IMG/VR virus record: IMGVR_UViG_3300023184_000031
Location: 106,256-170,255 of that record
Strand: one strand, 5' to 3'
DNA: 64,000 nt
Source of the DNA: a virus
Lineage: Duplodnaviria; Heunggongvirae; Uroviricota; Caudoviricetes
The notes beneath the pieces were generated by a model that was not told the origin of the DNA, searched no databases, and saw only the letters and a list, made by a program, of their open reading frames with translations. The position numbers and the translations under genes were made by a program. Shown piece after piece: positions 38,151-45,939 of the stretch. The number at the start of each line of letters is the position of its first letter. The stretch's first letter is position 1.

Positions 38151-38588
38151 GGGGTGCCTTGGAATTGCTCCGAATCAAAGGGTAGTATTACATGTAGTGA
38201 GATGGTTCTAACTCACTTAAATCAATGGGCAAACAATTAAACGACAACTCTGAATTATCAGATTGGACCTTCGATGATGCTATGGCATTCATTGGAGCTG
38301 ACGAGTACGCTTTAGCGGCCTAGTCACCGGGGCAGCTGATAGCCTTGCAACAGAACAGCAGCGAGTCGTACGCTACAGAGACGGCATCCGGACGCATATT
38401 GTGAGCCGTGGCAAACCGTTTTTCCTGTTTTCTCAAAACATGATGGTGGAGCCGGTGATTATCACTGGTTAGTTCCCTACGGTGCAGAATGTGTTTGGGA
38501 TCTTTCCAGCACAAACAGTACTAAACATGTGAGACGTTAGTATTATTGCTTTTTTACGGAAACACGGGTTCGACTCCCGTCACCTCCA
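38151..38588 (+). ncRNA. ssrA: tmRNA (ssrA), complete, with tag reading frame ...GADEYALAA*.
   Basis: 5' GGGGGTG pairs with 3' CACCTCC+A as a 7-bp acceptor stem. T-arm acggg-ttcgact-cccgt. Internal ORF 'gga gct gac gag tac gct tta gcg gcc tag' translates to GADEYALAA-stop (38294-38323). Followed by a terminator. Confidence 0.8.
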
Positions 38589-38597
38589 CACTCAAGG

Positions 38598-38622
38598 CAA
38601 CCAGAAATGGTTGTCTTTTTTT
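38598..38622 (+). terminator. Rho-independent terminator.
   Basis: 'caacca-gaaa-tggttg' hairpin followed by 'tcttttttt'. Confidence 0.7.
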
Positions 38623-38645
38623 ATATATTTATATAAAATAATATT

Positions 38646-39062
38646 ATGGTAACAAGTCAACAAGCATTAAAGAAATACGGAGACCCAACACTAGAAAAAA
38701 GTATGATAGTTTGGGACGTTCCAACTAATTTAGAAATAGGAGTTATTCCTAAAAAATTATACTGCAACAAAGATATAGTTGCTCCATTAACTCAAGCATT
38801 TACTAATTTAATTAGTACAGGTAAAGTAAGTGAACTTAAAACATTCGATGGTTGCTTCAACATCAGAAAAAAGCGTGGACTTAGCTCAATGTCATTACAT
38901 AGCTGGGGTATAGCAATTGATGTTAATGCCGCTTGGAACCAATTAAATATGGTTCCTACACTAACACCAGGATTTGTAAAATGTTTTACAGACGCTGGAT
39001 TCGAATGGGGTGGTACCTGGACTAGAAAAGATGGTATGCATTTCCAGTTAGCAAAAATATAA
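38646..39062 (+). CDS. Endolysin, peptidase M15 family (L-Ala-D-Glu / D-Ala-D-Ala peptidase type).
   Basis: 'MSLHSWGIAIDVN' (H...D zinc ligands). 'GFEWGGTWTRKDGMHFQL'. 138 aa. Confidence 0.7.
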   Translation: MVTSQQALKKYGDPTLEKSMIVWDVPTNLEIGVIPKKLYCNKDIVAPLTQAFTNLISTGKVSELKTFDGCFNIRKKRGLSSMSLHSWGIAIDVNAAWNQLNMVPTLTPGFVKCFTDAGFEWGGTWTRKDGMHFQLAKI

Positions 39063-39111
39063 TTTGGCTTAGGCAAAGTAGAGTCTTACCTTTAACGGGT
39101 AAGACTCCTCT

Positions 39112-39609
39112 ATGTACAAGATAAAACAATTCTTTAGACGCATTCGTAATCTATATCGTTGGTTTCCTATTATATGGAAAGACCAAGATTGGGATGATCA
39201 CTATATATTTGAAATACTCAAATTTAAATTAACAAACCAAGCTGACTATATTGGTAGATATGACAGACACACTTGTGCCAAGCGTGATGCTGAAAGAATG
39301 ATGTTATGTGTTCGCTTAATTGAAAAAGTACAAGATGAATATTATGGAACTGAGTATTTGGATTATGTAGAAACAGAATATAACTTTATCCCTAGTGACC
39401 ATTGTGAAGACTGCAGTGAATTAAAAATAGTTGACATCAGCGATACTTTAGATGAATATTTCAAGAAATATCCTCGCATCTATAAACAAATAGAAGATAA
39501 ATCAAATAGAAGAAAAGTAGCATTTAGAATGAGTAGTATCAATCACAACAGAGCTAGAAAATTATTATTTAAAATATTAGAAGAAAATATTGAAAGATGG
39601 TGGGATTAA
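39112..39609 (+). CDS. Hypothetical protein.
   Basis: ORF. Confidence 0.45.
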   Translation: MYKIKQFFRRIRNLYRWFPIIWKDQDWDDHYIFEILKFKLTNQADYIGRYDRHTCAKRDAERMMLCVRLIEKVQDEYYGTEYLDYVETEYNFIPSDHCEDCSELKIVDISDTLDEYFKKYPRIYKQIEDKSNRRKVAFRMSSINHNRARKLLFKILEENIERWWD

Positions 39610-39674
39610 TTATAGCGGCTATAGTATCAGTTATAGCTGGGATTTTACTTTTTTCATGGGCTGATAAAAAATAA
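39597..39674 (+). CDS. Tiny single-TM peptide, 25 aa.
   Basis: 'MVGLIIAAIVSVIAGILLFSWADKK'. Sits inside the lysis region. Not in the ORF track. Confidence 0.3.
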   Translation: MVGLIIAAIVSVIAGILLFSWADKK

Positions 39675-39677
39675 GTT

Positions 39678-39800
39678 ATGGATACAATATTACATATGTT
39701 AGGTATTTGTGGTGATCATAATGCACACACCAACCTAATTTCATTATTAACAAGTGAGATGCAATATGCATTATCATACATTAAAAATTATTTCAGATGA
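39678..39800 (+). CDS. Small hypothetical protein, 40 aa.
   Basis: ORF MDTILHMLGICGDHNAHTN... with ATGA overlap to the next gene. Confidence 0.25.
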   Translation: MDTILHMLGICGDHNAHTNLISLLTSEMQYALSYIKNYFR

Positions 39801-40135
39801 ATATAATATGGGGAATACTGTGGGGATTAGCAGCGCAAATAACTACTTTTATACAATTACAAGGCCAATTAAAATATGATTTTCTAAAACAAAATACCTG
39901 GTTTACAGTGTTAATGGGTATTCCTATTTCATTTATGTTTATGCAATCAGTAAAGAATTTCGTTGCTGGATTTCATGGTCAAATATGGCCTTCACGATTA
40001 ATAGGTTTTGGTATTGGTGTAATTGTATTTACAGTAATGTCTGAATTATTATTTAAAGAACCATTCACAACTAAAACAGGACTCTGTCTATTTTTAGGAA
40101 TTTGTATAATAGCGATTCAGGTATTCTGGAAATAA
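39797..40135 (+). CDS. Multi-pass small membrane protein (holin candidate, or EamA/ArnE-like).
   Basis: 112 aa with 3-4 hydrophobic segments, next to the endolysin. Confidence 0.45.
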   Translation: MNIIWGILWGLAAQITTFIQLQGQLKYDFLKQNTWFTVLMGIPISFMFMQSVKNFVAGFHGQIWPSRLIGFGIGVIVFTVMSELLFKEPFTTKTGLCLFLGICIIAIQVFWK

Positions 40136-40167
40136 GTGATATTTATTGTCACAAAACCATTATTACC

Positions 40168-41526
40168 ATGAAAAAGTTGATCACCCTCTTGCTGACTCTC
40201 TCTGTCCTTGTTGGAGCAGAAGCTCAAATCAAAAACATAGGACCAAAAGTAAACAGTACATACCACGAAATTCGCCCACTCGCTTCCGCAGACGGAACGA
40301 CTCTGTACTTCACAGTTCAAGGCAATCCAATTAACAAAGCTAAAGACGGACAAGACATTTGGATGTCTAAACGTGACTCTTTAGGTGAATGGGGTAAAGC
40401 ACAACGCTTACCAAATTACATTAACAGTGAAAAATATAATGGTGTATTTTCCATCTCAGCTGATGGTAATACATTAGTAATTAGAGGCAGGCGAAGCTCT
40501 TCAGGTTCGACTACACGCGGCTTTTCCAAGATTACAAAAATGGAAAATGGTGATTGGAGTATTCCTGAACCTTTAAAAATCCATGATTATGACAGATTAT
40601 CAAGAGGTATATATACAGGTGCTACTTTATCACCTGATGAAAAAGTATTGATAATGTATTTTTCTAATGAAATGAATAGTGATATGAATGACTTATGGAT
40701 AAGTCGTTTAAATGAAACTACAGGTGAATACTCAACACCATCTAAATTAAGTTTAAGCGAAGAAGATAATGATGAAATGAGTCCTTATATTGCCCCAGAC
40801 AATAAAACACTTTACTATGCATCAGACAGAAAAGGTGGTTTGGGTGGAATGGATATTTGGATGACAAGAAGAGTAGATGATACTTGGGAAAATTGGACAA
40901 TACCTGTTAATATGGGTAAACCAATTAACTCTAAAGGCTGGGATGCTTATTTTTCAGTAGATGTATTTGATAAAGCAGCTTACATCACTACAAACACTAA
41001 ATATAGCTTACCAGGTGATATGGGTGGTGCAGATATTGCTTATGTTAAATTACCAGACTCATTATTACCACTACCTATACCTCCAGCTCCTCCAGTATAT
41101 GATACTATTTATATTACTATAACTGATACTGTATATCAAAAGCAATTATGTGATCCACTTGATACTTTAAGTGGTGAAGAATTAGCGAAAGAATATAACA
41201 AAGGTAGAATATTATTTGATTTTGGTAGCTCAGTATTAAGACCCGATTCATATCATCAATTAGATATTATTGTTAAAATGATGAAAAATGACCCTAATAT
41301 GAAGATTGAATTAAGCGGTCACACAGATGCTGTTGGTATGGATAAAAGAAATATAGCTCAATCAGAAGAAAGAGCAATATCAACTAAACTATATTTAATA
41401 TCTAAAGGAATTGACCCTAATAGAATAAATACAGTGGGAATGGGAAATAAAGCACCTGTAGCACCAAATAGTACAGATGGTGGTCGTCAGTTGAATAGAA
41501 GAGTAGATATGAAGATAATAAATTAA
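40168..41526 (+). CDS. Secreted TolB-like repeat protein with C-terminal OmpA peptidoglycan-binding domain.
   Basis: Signal peptide 'MKKLITLLLTLSVLVGAEAQ'. C-terminal 'ELSGHTDAVGMDKRNIAQSEERA...NRRVDM' OmpA_C motif. Start trimmed to 40168. Confidence 0.75.
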   Translation: MKKLITLLLTLSVLVGAEAQIKNIGPKVNSTYHEIRPLASADGTTLYFTVQGNPINKAKDGQDIWMSKRDSLGEWGKAQRLPNYINSEKYNGVFSISADGNTLVIRGRRSSSGSTTRGFSKITKMENGDWSIPEPLKIHDYDRLSRGIYTGATLSPDEKVLIMYFSNEMNSDMNDLWISRLNETTGEYSTPSKLSLSEEDNDEMSPYIAPDNKTLYYASDRKGGLGGMDIWMTRRVDDTWENWTIPVNMGKPINSKGWDAYFSVDVFDKAAYITTNTKYSLPGDMGGADIAYVKLPDSLLPLPIPPAPPVYDTIYITITDTVYQKQLCDPLDTLSGEELAKEYNKGRILFDFGSSVLRPDSYHQLDIIVKMMKNDPNMKIELSGHTDAVGMDKRNIAQSEERAISTKLYLISKGIDPNRINTVGMGNKAPVAPNSTDGGRQLNRRVDMKIIN

Positions 41527-41548
41527 TACCTCACCATAAGAAAAATTA

Positions 41549-41574
41549 GGGCTTGGTTTTCCAAGCCCTTTTTT
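41549..41574 (+). terminator. Rho-independent terminator (copy 1 of a repeated hairpin).
   Basis: 'gggcttgg-tttt-ccaagccc' + 'tttttt'. The identical sequence recurs at 42241. Confidence 0.8.
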
Positions 41575-41680
41575 ATTGGGCAAGATAATATTCATATATT
41601 TAAGAACACGAATACTCCTTCGTAGAATATTAATCCGTTAAATTTCGATTTAACAATTTTTTTAACAAAACAAAACAAAC

Positions 41681-42217
41681 ATGAAAAAAGTAGTATTATT
41701 AGTAGTTGCTCTTATTGCAGCAATTACATTCACAAACGCACAAAACAACTTCAAAAAATCTAATAAATTTGTAGAAGGTACAGTATCTTACACAAAAGCT
41801 ACAGGTACTGATGCAGAATATGGATTTCAACCAACAGTTGGATATTTCTTAACTGATAGATTCGCAATTGGTGCTTCAGGCGCATTCGGTAAAGATGCAG
41901 CTGGTGTTAAAACAAACGGCATTGGCGCATTTGGGCGTTGCTATGTATTAAATATTGGTCAGAATTTGAAAACATTCTCACAATTAAACATAGGAACTGC
42001 ATCTGTTAATGATGCTGGTATTAAAACCTCTACATTTGGAGTTAATCTTGGTTTAGGTATAAACTATTTTGTTAGTCCTAAATTAGCTCTTACATTAAAT
42101 GTAGCAAATCTTGTAGATTATACAAGTATTAAATCTAACTCAACTTTTAATATTGGTTGGGAAGGTGTAACAAATCCATTAAGTACTTCTAAATTCGGAG
42201 TTTTATATAAATTCTAA
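41681..42217 (+). CDS. Outer-membrane beta-barrel protein.
   Basis: Signal peptide 'MKKVVLLVVALIAAITFTNAQ'. Alternating amphipathic strands. C-terminal '...FGVLYKF' aromatic terminus. Confidence 0.7.
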   Translation: MKKVVLLVVALIAAITFTNAQNNFKKSNKFVEGTVSYTKATGTDAEYGFQPTVGYFLTDRFAIGASGAFGKDAAGVKTNGIGAFGRCYVLNIGQNLKTFSQLNIGTASVNDAGIKTSTFGVNLGLGINYFVSPKLALTLNVANLVDYTSIKSNSTFNIGWEGVTNPLSTSKFGVLYKF

Positions 42218-42240
42218 TTTACACTATACGAAGGAGTTAA

Positions 42241-42266
42241 GGGCTTGGTTTTCCAAGCCCTTTTTT
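42241..42266 (+). terminator. Rho-independent terminator (copy 2, identical to 41549).
   Basis: 'gggcttggttttccaagccctttttt'. Confidence 0.8.
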
Positions 42267-42279
42267 GTATATTCATTGT

Positions 42280-43047
42280 ATGAAAACAATAGTATTAGGC
42301 GATACACACGGTCGCTCACAATGGAAATTAATAACACATCAAGAAAACGCTGATAGAGTAATTTTTATAGGTGATTACTTTGACAGTTATGATCTATCCG
42401 CGGTTGAGCAAATGCATAATTTCAAGGAAATTATTGAGTATAAGGAAACATCATTCACAAATGAAGGTACTTTAGACCAACATAAAACAGAAGTAATATT
42501 ACTAATTGGTAATCACGATCATCACTACTACCCAGAAATTGGTAATACAGGCACATCAGGTTATCAATATGGAGCAGCAGCCGCTATTAGCCAAGTAATA
42601 GATGAAAATAGAAAACATCTACAAATGGCTTACAGTTTTGATAAATTCCTATTTACCCACGCTGGTGTTAGTCCCGTGTTTATGGATCAAGTGTTTGGTG
42701 AAGATGGATGGGATAAGAATGATATAGTTAAGTTATTAAATGATAAAATGACATATCAACCTAAAACATTTAAGTTTAATGGATTGGAAGGTAGTGGTGA
42801 TAATACAACACAAACACCAATATGGATTAGACCAAGAAGTTTAATGTCTGTTAATAAGAAACATAAAAACGGATTAAAAAACGATTATATTCAAATAGTA
42901 GGGCATACACAAATGAAACATCTAGATCTAGTAGGATCAGATAAATTCACAGGAGGTAAATATTACTTTGTAGATACGTTGGATACTAGTGGTGAATATT
43001 TAATTATTGATGATGGAGAATTAAGAACAAATAGCTGGAAATCGTAA
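42280..43047 (+). CDS. Calcineurin-like metallophosphoesterase.
   Basis: 'IVLGDTHGR'. 'FIGDYFDSYD'. 'LIGNHDHHYY'. Start trimmed to 42280. Confidence 0.75.
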   Translation: MKTIVLGDTHGRSQWKLITHQENADRVIFIGDYFDSYDLSAVEQMHNFKEIIEYKETSFTNEGTLDQHKTEVILLIGNHDHHYYPEIGNTGTSGYQYGAAAAISQVIDENRKHLQMAYSFDKFLFTHAGVSPVFMDQVFGEDGWDKNDIVKLLNDKMTYQPKTFKFNGLEGSGDNTTQTPIWIRPRSLMSVNKKHKNGLKNDYIQIVGHTQMKHLDLVGSDKFTGGKYYFVDTLDTSGEYLIIDDGELRTNSWKS

Positions 43048-43108
43048 TATTTTGTAGGTTTCTGATATGTATTGCCGTAATATATTCATTAACCCAAAAT
43101 TACAAATT

Positions 43109-43282
43109 ATGAGATCTAATTTAAAAACCACCCTTGGTGGTATTTTAGCAGCAGTTGGTACTTTCTTAGTAAACTCACAAACTGGGACTTTAAATCTAGT
43201 AGGACAAATATGTCAAGTGATTGGTATATTCCTTATTGGTGCTATGGCTCAAGATGCAACTTCAGCTAAAAAAGAAGACTAA
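43109..43282 (+). CDS. Small membrane protein.
   Basis: 'MRSNLKTTLGGILAAVGTFLV...IGIFLIGAMA' two hydrophobic helices. Confidence 0.45.
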   Translation: MRSNLKTTLGGILAAVGTFLVNSQTGTLNLVGQICQVIGIFLIGAMAQDATSAKKED

Positions 43283-43308
43283 TAACTTCTGAAACCAAAA
43301 CTAATCAA

Positions 43309-43333
43309 CCCAGCTGAAAGGCTGGGTTTTTTT
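43309..43333 (+). terminator. Rho-independent terminator.
   Basis: 'cccagc-tgaaag-gctggg' + 'ttttttt'. Confidence 0.75.
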
Positions 43334-43336
43334 AAC

Positions 43337-43576
43337 TTGGCACAACTCTTTTCATATATTTACGGTATGAAAAATGTAAAGCAAAAAGATGATAAACGTG
43401 AGTGGTTCATAGTTATGAACTCTAGATTAGAATACTTTGCAGGGATGATGTATGGTGGTGAATTGGTTTGGTGTAGTGACTATAAAGAAGCAAAATTACT
43501 AGATGATGAAGCTAAGTTTCGAACATTAAGATCACTATCATATGGTGAGGAACTTATCTTAGATTATGTAGAATGA
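43337..43576 (+). CDS. Hypothetical protein.
   Basis: ORF. Confidence 0.45.
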   Translation: MAQLFSYIYGMKNVKQKDDKREWFIVMNSRLEYFAGMMYGGELVWCSDYKEAKLLDDEAKFRTLRSLSYGEELILDYVE

Positions 43577-43707
43577 AAAAAATAAAATGTAAAATTGGTA
43601 AATGGTTAAAATGTATTGTAGGACATGAGTGGGAAACCATTTATACATACAATGGCGTTACTTATTTTAGATGTAGAAGATGTGGTTCTCGAGGAAGTAA
43701 ATCGTAA
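43573..43707 (+). CDS. Small zinc-ribbon protein, 44 aa.
   Basis: 'CKIGKWLKC...H...CRRCG'. ATGA overlap with the upstream gene. Not in the ORF track. Confidence 0.3.
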   Translation: MKKIKCKIGKWLKCIVGHEWETIYTYNGVTYFRCRRCGSRGSKS

Positions 43708-43716
43708 ATTAAAGTT

Positions 43717-43938
43717 ATGACAAAAATAGCACCAGTTTATCCAAAACAAGATCCTGAATATAGGAAACGAGTAATGGAGCAGTTTTATAAGAAAGTAAGA
43801 GAAACAAATTGGAATGATACTTGTGGTGAGTATCAAGGTAAAGCTAGAGGCCGCAAAGCAAAAACAACAGAACGTCCCAAAGCACAACCTAGAACAGAAA
43901 AAGAACACAAAGCAAAATATGATTGGTTTAATAAATAA
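43717..43938 (+). CDS. Basic hypothetical protein.
   Basis: ORF with 'aagttatg' start context. Confidence 0.45.
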   Translation: MTKIAPVYPKQDPEYRKRVMEQFYKKVRETNWNDTCGEYQGKARGRKAKTTERPKAQPRTEKEHKAKYDWFNK

Positions 43939-43947
43939 ATATAAATT

Positions 43948-44181
43948 ATGAGTTACAGCGTTAGCGTTGATGTAGATATTGATGATGTACTATGGAATAT
44001 GAATAAGAGAGAAAAACAACAATTAGTAGATGATCTCTATGATGATGGTTATATTCCAAAACCATTAATAAATAATCACACAGATGATTTTAGTAAGGCC
44101 TGTAGGAAACTAATAGGTCAAGCATGGAGACTAACACGCGAAGAAGAAGAATATATTATTAACATATCAAAACGATTCTAA
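43948..44181 (+). CDS. Hypothetical protein.
   Basis: ORF. Confidence 0.45.
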   Translation: MSYSVSVDVDIDDVLWNMNKREKQQLVDDLYDDGYIPKPLINNHTDDFSKACRKLIGQAWRLTREEEEYIINISKRF

Positions 44182-44388
44182 ATGGAAGACAAATACAAAG
44201 CATTAAAAGATAAATACTTTGACTTTGAAGTATTCGAAGACATACTTCGAGCAATTGACAAACAACGCCACCCAGAACATGATATGTTCAATGCTGGGTT
44301 AGCTAGTGCTGATGGTGCTATTAGGCGCTTAAGAGAAGAATATTATGCCCTTATAAAAGAAATGCATGATTTGGAAGATAATAAATAA
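44182..44388 (+). CDS. Hypothetical protein.
   Basis: ORF. Confidence 0.45.
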   Translation: MEDKYKALKDKYFDFEVFEDILRAIDKQRHPEHDMFNAGLASADGAIRRLREEYYALIKEMHDLEDNK

Positions 44389-44456
44389 CATTGAACAGAG
44401 GTTCAATAAGGAATTTGGATGGTTTTTTATAAACGGGAATAAATTAAAATAAAGTT

Positions 44457-44654
44457 ATGAAATTAGCACTTAAATTTTTACTACTGTTAATACATTATGT
44501 TGTAGTGGCAGTAATTGTGTATTACATTGGTGACCTTATGACTAAGGATGTTAGTGGTGTAGGAGTAGCACCCAATGCTTTAGTATTGCTACTCTTAATA
44601 ATCAGTATAATATCACACACAAAACAGTTTATTTTATCATTTAAAAACAAATAA
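44457..44654 (+). CDS. Small two-TM membrane protein.
   Basis: Hydrophobic segments 'FLLLLIHYVVVAVIVYYIG' and 'ALVLLLLIISIISH'. Immediately upstream of the SPFH gene. Confidence 0.45.
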   Translation: MKLALKFLLLLIHYVVVAVIVYYIGDLMTKDVSGVGVAPNALVLLLLIISIISHTKQFILSFKNK

Positions 44655-44664
44655 AAACACAGTT

Positions 44665-45609
44665 ATGATTGGAACTTTAATTTTTATCTTATCTGCCCTT
44701 ATAATAGGGGGATCATTAGGAATCTTTAATGCAAAAACTTACGAAACAGCTCCAGATAAATATGGAGAGACAAATTTTAATCCAAAAGGTATGCTCAAAC
44801 TTGGATTAGTAGTAGCAATATCTTTAGTATTAGCATTAATTAACCCAGTAACAGTAGAACGTATTGATGTTGGTAATGTAGGACTAAAAGTAAATAATAC
44901 AGGTGATGAAAGAGGTGTTAGTAAGACAGCCTATGTAACAGGCTGGGTGTTTTATAACAGTTGGCTATCACGAATTAAAGAATTTCCTGTAACACAGCAA
45001 CATATTGATTACGAAGAGACATCTATCATTACCAAAGGAGGTTTCCAAGCCATTATCAAACCAAGCTTCAACTGGTCAGTCAACCCAGGTAATGCTGCTG
45101 ATATGTATCAAAACTTACGTCAGGATGTAGATCAAATTAAAGAAACATGGTTAAAAAATGCCATTATAGGTGCAGTTAATGATGTAGCTAACTTATATAG
45201 TGTAGATAGTATATTCAATCATAGAGCTGAATTTGAAGCTGATATAGTTAAAGAATGTAATAAACGTGTAAGTAAGTGGTTTAATGTTAGTCAGTTAAGA
45301 ACTAATATAGTACCACCTAAAGAAATTACTCAAGCAATTAATGCTAAGACAGCTGCTGTACAAGAAGCACAAGCCGCTATTCAACAGAAGATTGTAGCAG
45401 AAGCTCAAGCCTTAACTCAAATAGCTAAAGCTAAAGGTGATAGTGCTCAAGCAGTAATTGCAGCTGCTGGTAGAGCAGAAGCAGTAAAGAAAGAACAGCA
45501 ATTCTTAACACCACTATACATTGACTATTTAAAAGTACAAAAATGGAAAGGTGATGTACCAAATACAGTATTAGGATCTAACAGTAATACATTAATAAGT
45601 TTACCATAA
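44665..45609 (+). CDS. SPFH/band-7 (stomatin/prohibitin/HflC-like) membrane protein.
   Basis: N-terminal TM. Central SPFH-like domain. Ala/Gln-rich coiled coil 'AQAAIQQKIVAEAQALTQIAKAKGDSAQAVIAAAGRAEA'. Confidence 0.7.
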   Translation: MIGTLIFILSALIIGGSLGIFNAKTYETAPDKYGETNFNPKGMLKLGLVVAISLVLALINPVTVERIDVGNVGLKVNNTGDERGVSKTAYVTGWVFYNSWLSRIKEFPVTQQHIDYEETSIITKGGFQAIIKPSFNWSVNPGNAADMYQNLRQDVDQIKETWLKNAIIGAVNDVANLYSVDSIFNHRAEFEADIVKECNKRVSKWFNVSQLRTNIVPPKEITQAINAKTAAVQEAQAAIQQKIVAEAQALTQIAKAKGDSAQAVIAAAGRAEAVKKEQQFLTPLYIDYLKVQKWKGDVPNTVLGSNSNTLISLP

Positions 45610-45615
45610 GGAGAA

Positions 45616-45639
45616 GGGGGTCGTCAAGACCCCCTTTTT
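45616..45639 (+). terminator. Rho-independent terminator.
   Basis: 'gggggtc-gtcaa-gaccccc' + 'ttttt'. Confidence 0.75.
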
Positions 45640-45662
45640 ATATTTATACAAAACAATTAAGT

Positions 45663-45857
45663 ATGACAACTAAAGAAGAAATGTACATGAAATGCCTAAT
45701 GATTGAAGCATTCGTGAAATCCGTAGTAATTAACGGTATGACTGATAATGCAACACTAGTATCAATGGTTGATGAAACATTCCATCCTGAAACAAATGAA
45801 GAGATGGAAGCGTATTCCGAAGCGATTATTTATGCCAAATATTCAATACTAAATTAA
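45663..45857 (+). CDS. Hypothetical protein.
   Basis: ORF. Confidence 0.4.
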   Translation: MTTKEEMYMKCLMIEAFVKSVVINGMTDNATLVSMVDETFHPETNEEMEAYSEAIIYAKYSILN

Positions 45858-45880
45858 ATATAACTACTACTTAAGTAGCC

Positions 45881-45908
45881 ATGTTCCTCCATGAGGAACA
45901 TTTTTTTT
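45881..45908 (+). terminator. Rho-independent terminator.
   Basis: 'atgttcctc-catg-aggaacat' + 'tttttttt'. Confidence 0.75.
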
Positions 45909-45939
45909 CAATATTTATTGTAAACCAAAACCACAAACC

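Noticed and set aside
38320-38514. 64-aa minus-strand ORF.
   Set aside because: Falls inside the tmRNA gene, which is supported by acceptor pairing, T-arm and a YALAA tag frame.
40117-40353. Minus ORF 40117..40353 and + ORF 40146..40334.
   Set aside because: Overlap the 5' end of the OmpA-like gene, whose signal peptide and frame are clear.
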